In this document: positions 34,349-49,200 of the stretch, piece by piece | Layout of the letters: each line of letters opens with the position of its first letter | Position numbering within the stretch: position 1 is the first letter of the stretch | NCBI GenBank assembly: GCA_004022145.1 | Contig: RCNU01000012.1 | Source of the DNA: Paecilomyces variotii | Taxonomy: Eukaryota | Direction: 5' to 3' (one strand) | DNA length: 52,678 bases | Made by a program: the position numbers and the translations under genes | The notes under the pieces: generated by a model | The model's input: only the letters and a program-made list of their open reading frames with translations | What the model was told of the DNA's origin: nothing | The model's database searches: none

Positions 34349-37300
34349 TATTATAAACTAGGGCTACGATACTCGATTTAAACCTGCTAAGACCTAGAAT
34401 AAATAACCTAGGATAGATAATAAAGGATAATAAGATAACTAGATCTATATATAATAGTTAAATTAGCTAGTTATAAATAGAGCCGTTAAGACTAAGTTAT
34501 TTAGATAACCTAGTAAAACTAATAGATAGATAAATAACTCTTAAAGGAATAAAAGTTAGATAGATTAGCAATTTATTCTAATTACTATTAAACTTAACCT
34601 TTAACTCTACTATATATAGATAGCTACTCGCCTATATCTCTATTTCTTATCTTATATTCTGTTTAACTAGTCCGACTAATTACCTCTAATAAAGAGCTTT
34701 CTTACTTTAGTTCTTTATAGTTTAAATTACTTAATTAATAGTATATTAAGAAGAGAAGAGATATTAAGAAGTAATACTAGAGATTAGTATAGAGAATCTA
34801 AATATAGCCTAGAGCTTAGCACTTAACTTAAACCAGTAAATATTACTAATCCTAAGTAATTAGAATTAGTAAGTAATATTAGCTCTAATTAGCCTAAACT
34901 AGCAACTATTATAGGCCTAAGAAATCTAATAAATTTAAGAAATATTATAGACCCTAGGATTTAATAAGAATTAAATACTATTAGTACCAGACCTATTACC
35001 TTACTAGGTTTTTAGTATTAAATTAATAATATAGCAATAGGAGCTCTATAAAACGTAACTTAGGGACTATTAAAAAGAATAAGTATAGCTATAGTTATAG
35101 AGCTAATAAAATAAATAAATGCGGCTTTTAAATCTGGGTCTATTATTAAACTGTTTAAACCTTATTAATACTAAGCTAAGGATCTAGATACTTACTATTA
35201 TTAGTGCCGCTATATAGACTAATACTTTACCTATAATATATTAATATTTTAAACTAAAGTAAGTAAGATAAATTATGCTGCTGTATTGCTTTTAAATAAT
35301 TATAGAATAGTTTAAAGTTATAGACTCTTTACTTTAGCTATAACTTTATAGCAGAGATTTTAATAATAATTATTAGATTATCTTAAGGATTTATAATATT
35401 AACCTTAGATAGCTGCTATATAATTCTAAAGGTTAAAATAATAGTTAAAATAGACCGCTTAAGAATTTTATAATAAATTTAAGCTTTGCAAAGCTAAATT
35501 AGCCCTAAAGGATAATATTTAAAGCTAAATCTTCTTCTTTATATTATAAGAAAATATATAAAACTAGTTATTTAAGTATATATATATTCTAACTAATCTA
35601 ACCTAATTAACTTCTAAAGCTATAGTTATTAAATAGAGTCTTAAAAACTTTATAAAATCTTAATTAAAGAACTTTAAGAAAAAGGAACAATTTTAACCTT
35701 ATATAAAGGAAAAGGATTAATTCTATTTATATGCACAGGATAAGTAGAAGAATAAATTATCTTAGTTAATATCTATAAAGACCTATTTAAAACATAAAAT
35801 AAGAAAGTTTAAATCCTTAAAGGAGTAAGAATAATTAATAAAAGAAAGCTAATACTTTAATTATAAGAAGAATAAATATATTAATAAATAATATCTTAAT
35901 AAAACAGAGAAGGACTCTAAACCCCTTAAAGATAAAGGTATTAGGCTTAATATACTCTAGCGCCTTAAAGGCGCAGAGCTAGAGTTTATAACTTTAATAG
36001 ATATACTAATTAAGGGTTATACTGTAAAAATAAATACGCTTCTTAATTTCTAAGTATATGCTAATTTTATTAATTATAACTTTTTACTATACTATAGATA
36101 TAAGAGATTTCTCTAAAAGCTAGTCGGATATACTTTATAGATAGGAGACTAAATAATGCTAATTTATAACTACTTCTCAGTTATTATTAAGGTAAAGGAC
36201 TTAGAGAGGAAGATAGAATAATATAAGATTAATTTTCAGATTATTTTTATATAGGAACCTAATATAGTTAGGAAAAATTAGAATATAATCTTAGGATTAC
36301 TATAGTTATACTATAATAATCTTATTATAAATTAGAAATGCCTGACTTAGAGATATTAGTAAAAGGCTTTACTCTAAGTTAAGATCTAAACCCTATAAGC
36401 ATTTGTAGAGATAGCGCAGAATTAATTAATCTATTATATATAAGAGAAATATATTAAAACAGATATAGAAGAAATTTAACTTCCCCTATATTATATATAA
36501 TTCTAAGATATCTTCTTAAAAAAAGGAGCTAAAATATTACCCCTGCTAGAAGATATTAAGACTTATATAATTAATCTAATTAATAGTAAGTTGCTGCTAT
36601 AAGGGCCTTTATACCTATACTTTACTAAAGAACTAAATATACTATAAAGGTATTTAAAAGATATATAATAATAAGGTTAGATCTAGGCTTTAACTAGCCT
36701 AGCTAAATTACTAATTATTTTTATCCCTAAAAAAGATAATAAATTATACTTATATATTAATTATTAAGGATTAAATATTAGAATAATTAAGAATTACTAT
36801 TTACTGCTAAGAATAGATAAGATGCTAAATTAATTAGTAGGTGTAAGATTTTTTATAAAACTTAACCTCTAAGAAGCCTATTATAGAATCTATATATAGA
36901 GAGGAGATAAATAGAAGATAATATTTAGAACTAGATATAGCTATTTTAAATATCTTATTATACTGTTTAGATTATATAATACTTTAGCTATATTTTAAGC
37001 CTATATTAATATAGCGCTAAGGGGCCTATTAAATATCTGCTATATTATATATTTAGATAATATTCTAATCTTCTTAATAGATAAGAAAAAATATAAATAG
37101 TATATCTCTAAAATGCTAAAGAGACTCTATAAATATAATTTATATATAAAGCTAAGTAAATACAAATTCTATAAGAAAGAAGTTTCTTTCTTTAAATTTA
37201 TTATAAGATATAATAGGATTAAGATAAATCTCTCTAGGATTAAAATAATTTATAATTAGCCTATGCTAAAGACCTTTTATAATATTTAAATCTTTCTAGA

Positions 37301-40300
37301 ATTTATAAGTTTTTTTAAGAGATTTATCTATAATTACTCTTCTATTATAATACTATTAATAGACTTACTTAAAGATAGTAAAAATAATAAGAAAATAAGC
37401 CTATTAAAATAGATATCTGAAGTATAGAAAATATTTAAAGATTTAAAAACTGTATTTATTAAACTGCTAGTATTATAGTATTATAATCTAGAGAAGCTAA
37501 TTATAGTAGCTATAAATGCCTTAAGATTTACTTTAGCTATTATTTTACTATAACTTATAAATAAAGTAATAGAGTAGTAATATTTAGTTATATACTTCTT
37601 AAGGAAATTTACTAAAATTAAATATTAATATAAAGTATATAATTAGAAACTATTAGTAATAGTTAAAGCTTTTAAATACTAAAGATATTATTTAAATAAT
37701 AATAAATACCCTGCTCGGGTATAGACTAACTATATAAACTTATACTACTTCTTTATAATAAAGACTTTAAATAATAAATAAGCAAGATAAGTAGAGTTAC
37801 TAGCAGGCTATAACTTTTATATTAAATATAAGCCGGGTTATTTAAATATAGCTAATATATTATCTTAAAGACTAGATTATAAACTCTTAAAAGAAAAGCA
37901 GAAGATTAAACTACTATCTATCCTATAGAAGAAACTAAAATTATATATTTTAAATAAAGAAGATAGCACAGATAATTATAAATACTTATTATTAAGATTA
38001 TTAGTATTAAAGATTATTAATAGGGAGATAATCTAAGATTCTCTAAAGCCTAATCTTCTAAAGTTGCTTAAGTAGCTCTAATAGAAAAATGCTTTTATAT
38101 TAAAGAAAATTAGTAATTTAGAGACTAATTAATTTAGAAGCTTTAAATAGACTATAGATAATAAGAGTCTACTATAGAAATAAGATTAGATTTATATTTT
38201 AGATAAATATTTACTAAAGTAAGAATTGCTATAAATTTATTATAATAATCTATATACTAGCTACTAAGAAGTTAGAACTATAGAAAAACTATTTAAATAA
38301 AAATTCTACTAGCTAGGTATACAGAATAATATATAGAAATATATAAAAACCTATAATATCTATAAAAAGAATAGAATTCCTAAATATAAGCTATATAGGC
38401 AGTTAAGCTTACTATTAATAGCAGAAAGATCCTAGTAAAGTATATTAATAGACTTTATTATTAGACTGCTATTATTAACTTAATAAGGAGTTAAATATAA
38501 TATAATCCTAATAGTTATAGACTGATACTCTAAGATAGCTCTATATATCTTAACTTAAGAAATAATTATAGTAGAAGATCTGGCTAATCTAATAATAAAA
38601 AGGGTATATTACTAGTTTAATCCTCTAATATTAATTATTTCTAATCGGGGATTAGTATTTACTAGTAAATACTAGACTAAGCTTTATTAGTATATATAAA
38701 TTACTTAATTAATAAGTACTGCTTTTTATTTACAGATAGATAAATAGATAGAGCGCTAGAATTAGACCTTAAAATATTATCTAAGGGTATATATAAATTA
38801 TTGTTAAGATAATTAGGTATTATTATTAAATATAGTAGAGTATATCTATAATAATATAAAGTATTCTACTACTAGATATTTGCTATTTAAGGCCTTCTAT
38901 AGTTTTAATCCTAATAGCTAGAATAAATATAATATAAGAATAAGGTTAAATATTCCCGCTATTAAGGAATAACTTAAAAAATTATTAGATATTAAGGTAA
39001 AGTTAGAGAAGTACTTGCAATATATTATTAAGGTATAAGTAAAGTACTATAATAAGAAATATATACTTAAGTTATATAAGATAGGGGATTAAGTTCTTCT
39101 ATTAATAAAGAATTTATAAACTAATTAACTAAATAAGAAGTTAGACTATTAATTTTCTAGACTCTATAAAGTAATAAAGATAATTAGAAAATAAGTATAT
39201 TAATTACAACTGCTAAAGAGCCTAGGTAGAATATATCTAATATTCTATATATTCTTACTAGAACCCTATAATTAATAAGAAGGAATAGAATCTAAATAGC
39301 TAGATCTAGTTTTTATAGATAGAGAATAAGAATAAGAGATAGAAGAAATCTTTAGCAAATAGACCTTTTATAAAAAGAAACAGTTCTTAATAAAATAGAA
39401 AGAATATCCTTTATATAAAAACTTATAGCAGATATTAGAAGATCTTATATATATAACTAAAGCTTTAGAAAAGTATTATAGTAAAAATCTTAGTAAGGCT
39501 TTTAATAAGAATAAGCCGTTAAAGTAAAAATAAGGTAAAAAAGAGCTAAGAATTAAAAAGTAAAGCAAGATAAATAAGTAATAATACTTTTTCTCCTATT
39601 AGGTTTTTTAACTATTATTAAATATATTATTATATATATTATTCTTTCTTTAATTTTCTTATAAGGTTTAGAAATTTTAAAAAAGATATAGAAGAAAGGA
39701 ATTTTAATAAGAATAATTTAATTTAACTAGGCTAGCCCTAGCTAATAATTTAAATATAGGCCTATAAAATTATCTTACTTAGCTATTTTATTACTATAAA
39801 ACCCCTTAATAATATTTTTCTCTTCCTTGTTAGAGAATAGAGGCAGTCTCTATAACTAGGTAAGTATATTTACTATATATAAGATATTGCGGTTTAATAA
39901 ATAGATTATTTAATATAACTTCTAAAAGAGATATAATAATTTTAATTTAAAATATAATAGGATTAATAAAATAATAATAGCACTAAGCTAATATCTAGCA
40001 GTCTTAGATATAGATTTTTATATATATACCTTTATAGAGGAAATATATATATTTATAGCCTTATTAAAAGACTCTAAATTACCTAAGAGATAAGCCTCTT
40101 AGCTAAGACTCTAAATATAAGTTAACTTAGCCTTATATATTAGTAGTATAAGAATATATAGCTTGCGAAGGCTCTTATAATAAAGATATTTTATATTAAT
40201 ATAAGAATAGATATACTATTACTTTAAATCTTATATTAAGGCCTTTAAATAGTAAAGATATATCTTCTATAAGATAGGAGGAAAATCTTTAGTTAAACCC

Positions 40301-41785
40301 TTTAGGCTAAAAGAATCTATAATAGGGTTTATCTTAGAAGTAATAGAATAATCTATTACTATATTAGTATTAGTAATAATAATTAATATTATTATCTTAA
40401 TAAGAGCTAGATTAATTTAAAGAGGAGATATTTTAATAATAGCCTTAACTTTAAGAATAAGAGTTATAATAATATTTTAGGTTCCCTAGGTCTTTATACT
40501 AAAGATCTTCTTTATCTTTAACTTCTTTTATAGTTTTTTAGCTAGCTAAATAAAAGTTTCCTCTGCTATAAATATAATAAGAATAATATTATTATAACTA
40601 TATTTTAACCTCTAAAGAGAACGCAATAGACTAGTCTATACCTTCTTATATATAGGAAGAATTATATTACTAAATATAAACTAATCCCTGTGCATTTTAA
40701 ATAAGAGATACTTCTTTATTAGAGGGTCTTTTATAGATAACCCTAGTAGAAATACTTTACTACTACTATTAACGGCAGTAAATAAAGTAATTTATAAAAA
40801 AGGAGTTATTAGTTCTAATATTATATTAATAGTTAGAGATATAAAAGAGAGAGATAACTCCTTAAGCTATTTATTATCTATATTAAGCTAGTAACTAAAT
40901 AAATAATCTTTAGTTAGCAGCTATAATAGCTTAGAGCTAGCTATAAGAATATTATTAAAAGAGCCTAAAATAAATAAAATATGCTTAAAGTACTTAAGAA
41001 GCATTGCTATATTAATTAATACTATTATATAAACCTAAAAAGTTATAACTTATATTAAGTGCACGCGCAGGACCTATAAAGAAAATAACTTAAAAATTCT
41101 ATTTTTAATATGCCTATATAATAGTTAGCTATTTCTATATTTAAACTATTAAAAATAGCATTAAATAAGCTACAGAAATAAAAAAAGAATAGCTTAATAT
41201 ATAGATAGGAGAATAAGAGTTAGTTAGCGAAGAATAGAAATACTCCTAATCTCCTAGGTAAAAATATTAAAATAAAGCTAATATTAGATAAATTTATATA
41301 ATAAGTATATCTTAATAGTAACTTATTACTATTATTATAGTTATACTTAAATATTTAGACTTATATAATAAACTTTATATAGCTTAAGATAAGCCTTTTA
41401 ATAGAGGGAAATACTATTATAAACTAGGGCTATAATACTTAATCTAGACCTGCTAAGACCTAGGATAAATAACCTAAAATAGATAATAAAGGATAATAAG
41501 ATAACTAGATTTATATATAATAGTTAAATTAGTTAGTTATAAATAGAGCTATTAAGACTAGGTTATTTAAATAACCTAGTAGAACTAATAGATAGATAAA
41601 TAACCTCTAAAGAAATAGAAGTTAAATAGATTAGCAATTTATTCTAATTATTACTAAACTTAACCTTTAACTTTATTATATATAGATAGCTACTCGCCTA
41701 TATCTCTACCTCTTATCTTATATTCTATTTAACTAGTCCGACTAGTTACCTCTGATAAAGAGCTTTCTTACCCTAGCTCTTTATA
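34349..41785 (+). mobile_element. Ty3/gypsy (chromovirus-type) retrotransposon Z (7.4 kb)
   Basis: 371-bp LTRs at 34349-34719 and 41415-41785, TSD TTAAT on both sides and PPT AGAGGGAAA before the 3' LTR. RT YLDN (YLDD) at 37050-37061, RNase H at ~37500-37900, integrase at ~38240-38900, chromodomain relic (EIEEI..FLIK*KEYP..NL*) at ~39330-39430. Confidence 0.93.
40080..40320 (-). pseudogene. RIP-destroyed antisense accessory ORF of gypsy Z with an inferred six-Cys zinc cluster
   Basis: The frame reads KIYLYYLKALI*DLK**YIYSYINIKYLYYKSLRKLYILILL. Reverting TAT to TGT gives C-x2-C-x11-C-x8-C-x2-C-x6-C (40260-40156) followed by a VPVPP-like stretch. The reconstruction is inferred and the ORF limits are unknown. 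Confidence 0.5.
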
Positions 41786-44592
41786 TTAATCTTATATAGA
41801 TAATTATATAGACAGTTACTAGAAGTAAAGAAGTTATAGTAAAGCCTATATTTATATTATATAAAAATATTAGCATTAATATAATTTATATTAGTAGACT
41901 AATATTTAAAGCTATTTTTAATATATTTAGGGTTTACAGCTTTATTAAAACTCTAGTTTTAAAAATCCTGCTCTTCTTAATTAAGAAAATCTTTATAAGC
42001 TTAATAATTTTTACCGTTATTATTCTAGTTAGTATAATATATACTCTAATAAAAGCCTTCCTAAAAGTTATTACTATTTTTATATTATTTATGCGCTAGA
42101 TTACTATTATAGTCTATATTACCTATATTATAATAATACTTATAATATACCTTTACTAGTTATAAAATATTATATCCTATAGATATTTCTATAAAGATAT
42201 TGCCTTCTTAATAAGACTCCTATTATTAATATCCTTATTAATAATTTAGGTTAGTATATAATTATTATAGGAATATCTATTAAGGCTACGCCTATAGTAT
42301 TTATTATAGTATTTATTACCTCTATTAATACTAATAGCTCTATATCTATAATATTTATAGTCTTTACTAGTATTAATAGTTTTATATTTATAGTATTTGC
42401 TGCTGCTGCTAGTATCTATACCTATTTATATTTCTCTATATATTATTATTAGCTTACTGCCTTAAGTCTATAGAATATTTTATTTTAGGGTTAGAAGAAA
42501 ACTATTACTAATTACTAAATATATAATTGCTAGAGCTTAATTATTATTATTATTAACTTTTAGCTATTTACTACTACTTTATAGCTTATTTCTACTAAAT
42601 TATATATACTCCTTTTAATTCTAGTATAAAATCTCCTAAGGATATATTCTTAGTTAAGATTTATATATTCTATTTAAGGTTAGAATCTAATTTATTCTAT
42701 ACTAGAAGAATCTAGCTATATATTAAACTAGTGCTAAATACTTATATTAAGTATATAACTAACTAGATAAACCCCTGCAGGGTCTTACTCTCTTAGATAT
42801 TAAATATATTATAGAATAGCTAACTAAGCTTTTATATTACTATAGTAATATTCTTCTTAAATTATTTTAATAATAGTAGTATTTAGCCTTACTCTATAAA
42901 TAGCTACCTAAGTAAATTTTTCTTAAATTAAATTAGTTCGGCTATAAATTATTATAATATAACTTCTCTTAGTAATATATATATATATATCCTAATTATA
43001 AGCTCGCCCTTATCTATTACTATATTCTTAATTTAATTAATAAATACTAAGATATTTTTATAATATATATAACTACCTAATATTATAACAGGGCTATTCT
43101 TAATATAGTTATTATCCTTTAGATTAGGGAAAAAATATCTAAGATTATCTTGCCTTTAATTATCCCGCGTGCTATTTCTTAAGAATATACTATTCTTAGA
43201 TATTCTTTAGCATTAATCTTAGCTTTTACCTTTACTCTAGACCTAATTATCTTAATTTAAGAGGCGGCTTATAAATTAGCAGTTTTACTCTATAGATGCT
43301 TTATTCTATTCTATTATTTCTTTTATTATTTATATTATTATTAAGTTAGAGTTTAAAGGATAATAAGTTAAATTTATTATTATATTATTTATTACAGTAT
43401 TTATAATATTATTGCTATTAAATACTTCTATTATATATTAAAACCTAAGTGCTCTTATTCTATTTATTAGGGGTTTATACTTAAATAATAATAACTTATA
43501 TCTTAGGGTTAATAATTCCCGCAATATTAATTATAAGATAGTACTTATTAATAGGTTTAATACTAATTATTATAGTAATAGTATTAATAATAATATTAAT
43601 CTATTAATATTATCTTAGCTATCTTATTACTATAGAGAAGTATTAAATAATAATAATTAACACTCTAGTTCTTAAGAGCTAATAATACTTAGGGCTTATA
43701 AGATATATATTTATACCTACTATATTCTTCCTAATAATTATATTAGCTTATTATAGGTTTCTCTAGGTATTTCTCTTTACTAATATAGAAATATAGAGGA
43801 TTTAGCTAATATTATAGTTAGGCATAAAAAGTCTTTTATTATATAATTAAGGGCTAATTAATTAATAACCTAATTATATAGATATAGAAACTTTTATATA
43901 TATCTTTTCCTAATATATAGAGAGAGATAGTCTACTAATATAAATAAAGATAACCTAAGCTTAGCTAAATTTATCTTAGTATTCTTATAAAATAATACTA
44001 TAAAGTTAATTAGATTAATTATTTTATAATTAAACTAGTTCCTCTAAAATAACTTTACCTAGTAAAAGGCAGTAATTTAATAAGCTAGTTTAATTATAAT
44101 AAATATTAAAGAGACCTTTTAAATAGCTTCTATTATTAATACTTAGTAAGATAGTATATTTAATATATATCTTAATGCAGCTACTATTAATAAAGATAAT
44201 AATATAATAATAAGAATATAATAATAAAATAATAAGAATAAAAAAAAAACTAATAAAAACTAATAAAAGTATTTAATATTATCTTTAGTAAAGATTTAAT
44301 AATAAATTCTATACTAGCAAACTGCTAGTAAGAGCAACTACTTACATAGTTCTAATAGAAAATATAGCTAAGATAATAATATAAATAAGGGGTAATTAAG
44401 TATAATAATTAATAAATAAGGGATAATAAAATATAATAATTAATAGAGCTAGTTAATGCTAATCGCAGAGACTTATAATAAGTCCTATACTAATAAAGAA
44501 TAAGATATAAAATAATATAAAAACTTAAGATAATATATAAATATTAAAATTAATAGCAGGAGGCCCTAGATTAATAGCAATATACTATTATT

Positions 44593-44751
44593 TAATAGTA
44601 AACCTGGGGTTTTAAAGCTAGAGATAACTCTAGAGGGGAAGAAGTTATCCTTTTATTCTTAAGAACTACTCTTGCTAAATACATAAGAATAACTAAGCAT
44701 CTGCTATTTTATGCTAACTAATATACTAAGCCTAGGTATAGATTTATATTA
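44593..44751 (-). repeat. 5' LTR of gypsy A (159 bp)
   Basis: Direct repeat of 22475-22633, followed by TSD TAAGC. Confidence 0.9.
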
Positions 44752-46223
44752 TAAGCATTTTATACATATAGTATATAATCTATATTATTTCTTACTTATA
44801 CTCTAATAATAGGTTAGAGCTATATCTTAATAGCTTAATTAAGGTAAATACTAAATTAGGGTATATAATTAGTATTAGATATAGAAGAGATTTAATTTAT
44901 ACTTAATATCTTTTTTAAATATATAGGTTAGTATTATAGTTAATAAAAGCTTTAATAAACTTAGCTTCTTCTTCTATTAGAGTCTTTAAGATCTTTATTA
45001 AATCTCTATTATAGATGTTTAATATTCTCTATAAATATACTTTCTAACTTAAATTAATTTTATAATATTTAATATTTTAATTAATCTTTATACCTAAATA
45101 GTATATAATTTTACCTAGGCTTATTATATTAAATAATTACCCTAGGGCTAATTTAGCTTTAATTATAGCTAATTTTAATAGATTTATTATAATTATATTA
45201 TTAATATAAATTATTAAGATTAGTCTATTTTCTCTAATAAATAAATACTTATCTAATTTAATAAGTTTTAAACCGATCTTTTTAATGCTTAATTTAAATA
45301 TTAAATATTATAAGTAAGCGGCTTACTTTAATCTATATAGAAAATATAACAGCTAGCAGATTTAATCTATATTATTTTTAAATCCTTTAGGCTAAACTAT
45401 ATAAATAGTTTTACCCTTAGAAAATCTATTATTTAAGAATACTAAGATAATATTTAGCTAAATAATATATAGATTAAAATTAGCTATTAATATTAGGATA
45501 ACCTTTATTATAGCTAGTCTTATAGTTAGAGTAAAGATTTAATTAAAATTAACTCTAAGAATCTAGGTAAAGCCTTATATTATTTATTTAGCCTTAAACT
45601 TTTAAATTTTATTATTTGCGCTAATCTTAACCTTATATATTTATCTTTTATTAATTGCCTTTCTACTTAGAGAAAGAGAAGTAAAGATTTAAATCTAGTT
45701 AGTATTAAATTACTTAACTTCCTTTTTTATAGCTTTATATTAGTAATCTGCCTTAAATTATTTTATAGCCTATTTATATAATAAAGATTTAATTAATCTT
45801 TTATAGCTACTATACTCTACTATATAAAAAAAGCCTTATTTAATTAATATTATAATTATAGGCTTATAATAAAAATAGTTACTAATAATTAATTATAAGA
45901 TAAATCCTTTAATTAAAATATTAATTAACTAGCTAATATTAGCTTTATAATTCTTTTTTACTATATTATTATTACTACTACTACTATTATTAAAATCTAA
46001 TTATAGCTTTTTATTAAGAGGAGATTAATAAGCTTTATAATTATTATTAGGGCTGCTATAAAATTTAAAATTAAACTCTTTCTCCTAAATAATATTATAA
46101 GCTTTTTTAATCTTTTATATAGAGAATATCTAGATAATATATTATTAAAGTATTCTCTTATAACTAATAAGATAGTATTTAATTATTTTAAGATTTATTT
46201 TAATAATCTTTTTATAAGTATAA

Positions 46224-49200
46224 TATTAAGATATAGGCTCGGGGAGTAAGTTAGAATAAATAGAATAAAGTAGTTAATACTAGGACTAGCTACAGAATCT
46301 CTATCTAGCTAATTTAGACTAGAATAGGCTATTATAGGTAGGCTTAATAAATAAGATATAGCTTAAAAAGCTTAAATTCAGATTAAGCTATATGCTAAAG
46401 ATATCTTTATAAGATTATATAATTTTTTATATAATTCCCTATACTAGCACTATAATAGTACTCCCCTTTTTAAGATTAAGCTCTATTAAGATTATTCTTA
46501 AGCTTTAGCTTATTTAAATAATAATAATAGAAATTTATAATAATTTTTTAGGTATATTATAAATAATATATAGGCTCTTTAATTAAGTTATTATAATCTA
46601 ACTATTTAATAATATATTATAGTTAAGAGCTTTTATATCTATAGTATTTCTATTAAGAGTTTAAGATATTTTTAATAACTTATTCCTTAAGGCTATTAAT
46701 TTTAATAGGCAATAATAAAGATTATTTTTATTTAAGTATAGGATTTTTAATAATAAAGTAAAGTAGGCTAATATTAAATATAAAATAAACATATATTAAG
46801 ATAAGTAAGTTAAGCTAATAGATATAGGCTAATAATCTTAATAATATAAAATAGGCTAAGATTCTTCTAATTAAATTTTTTTTAAGAGTATTAAATATAA
46901 ATATTTTAAGTATTTAATTAAACAGACTATTTTATATAATAATAATAAGCTAAGATTTAATAGCAGTTAGTCTACTCTTTATAATAGGCTTAGATAATAT
47001 AAATCTAGATATAGATATAATTTATAATATCTTATATTTTTTTAATAAAAGTTTTAGTATCTCTAATAATAGGCTAGTTTATAAGCTAAATAGGCTTAAA
47101 TCTTATATATAGATAAAACCTATAATTAATAAAAAAGGGCAATACTTTAATAGTCTTAGAATAATAAGAGTTTAATATAAACTTAGCTAAAGATAGCTAA
47201 TTAACCTAATTATTTTATAAATAGCTAATATAAGCGCATAAATATTATTTTAAGATAATATTTATTCTTTTAATCTAATTATTAATCTTAAGATAATAAA
47301 TAGTAAATAATAAGTTTATAATATCTAAATATTAGATTAAGTATTTTTAGAAAGCAGTAATAAATTAAAAGCTTTAATTAGATATTATAGTCTTTAGTAA
47401 CCTATAAAGCTTTTATATATAATAGATATATAATTATATTACTCCTTTAATATTATAAATAGCCTAATAAAAAATAAAATATCTTATCTTTATAAGTTAG
47501 TCTATAATAACTAATATAATATTATAATCTTAGTAAGATATAAATTTAATAATAAAATCTATTAAGATATCTTACTAAAAGTATTTAGAGATAAAGAGCT
47601 AGTATAAGACTTCTTAGCAGCCTTTATTTAAGAATATAATATAGTAGTAGATATAGCAATTCTAGATTTAATAATTTATATATTAATATATATTTAGCTA
47701 ATAATATTTTTATAAAATTAGGTTATAAAGCTTATATTTTCTAAGGTATTTAAATATATATTTATTATAATATTCTTATAATAAGTAGGCTTTTAGCTTA
47801 TTATAATTAAGAATATATAAATAATCTCTATAATATAGGTATTTTTCTCTTTATTAATAATTAGCTAATATAATCTTAAGATAATAATTAGCTTTATAAT
47901 CTAAGGCTTATAAGATAAATTATATTAAGTTATTAAATAAATAAGCTATATCTAGTAAGTCTTTAATATTAAACAGATATTTTAGTTTATTAAGTATAAT
48001 AAGAAAATTTAATTAATCTTATTTAATAAGCTAAGCTATTTTTTTAATAGGCTAAATAATCTCTTTAATAAATTAAATTATCTCTTTAATAAATTAAATA
48101 ATTTTAATAGATTAATTAGGCAGTAAAATAGATTAAATAGATTCTTTAAGCTAAATAGATTAATTTTTTAAAATAAATTAAGCAGATATTTCTATAAGTT
48201 TAATAAGATTTTTAACCTCTTAAACTATTAGATTAATAAAATAAATATACCTTATTATTTAATTTTTAATAATAGCTTTTAGTTTTAGAGATCTCTAAAT
48301 CTATAGATTAAGATTCTCCTTCTTTAAGACTATCTAGCTCTAATACTATAGCTATTTATCCCTCTTTTTAAAAAAATCTTCTAACCTCCTAGTTAAAATA
48401 TTAGGCTTTATTTTTTATTTTTTAGATTAGTATATAATTTAGAAGTTAAACTAAGATAAAAACTTAAACTAATAGGCCTATTGCTAGTTTAATAGCTTAA
48501 TTAATATAAAATATTTTAGATTATAATAATTTATAATAATTTTAATTAATAATAATATACTTTTAAGCTTAGAGTATTATTTTTTAAAGCAGTAAATAAT
48601 TATTAATAGCTCTTTATTATAAATCTTATAATTATACTCTATAATAAAAAGCTTTTTTAAAAAAAATATAATAAGATATAGGATTCCTTTATTATTATAT
48701 TAGGATATAACTCTAGCTAATATATAGTTAAATAAGTTAGTTTTAACTATAATCTTATAGGTCTAGTTAAATAGCTTTAAGATTAAGGCTTAAATAAATA
48801 TTTCTTTTAGGGCTTTAAAATTAGACTAATAAATAATTATTTAATTAAAAAGAATTCTCTTTTAGGTTAAGTTTATAAGCAATATAATTATCTTAAAAAA
48901 GTTATAAATAAATTAATAATAAAAGTTACTAAACCTAATAAAGACTTATATATTAATTATATAAGTTAGGGTCCTTTATTTAGCAATTATTTTTACCTTA
49001 TTTAAATTTATCTTAATATAGTCTTAGCTAATAATAATATTTAAGAATTTAGTCTTAGAGATAATAAACTTATACTTCTAGATCTTTATATATAGGCCTA
49101 TTTTATATAGCTTTTATAAAATAGTGCAGATATATTAAATATATTTAAAATAGGTTATGCTATATATTAAGATATTATTAAGATATATAGTATAAAAGAT

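Larger units (their letters stand above)
22475..44751 (-). mobile_element. Ty3/gypsy retrotransposon A relic (~8.9 kb without nested insertions)
   Basis: 159-bp direct repeats at 22475-22633 and 44593-44751, with TSD TAAGC on both sides. Minus-strand RT relic (HKGQEVFNVAVMGFKNA..YVQRQMD..YVDD-like, YINN at 32729-32740) and integrase relic (FHTITMDFITGLP..WGIP..ILSDRDPKF-like, ~25140-25400). RT-RH-IN order. Confidence 0.88.
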
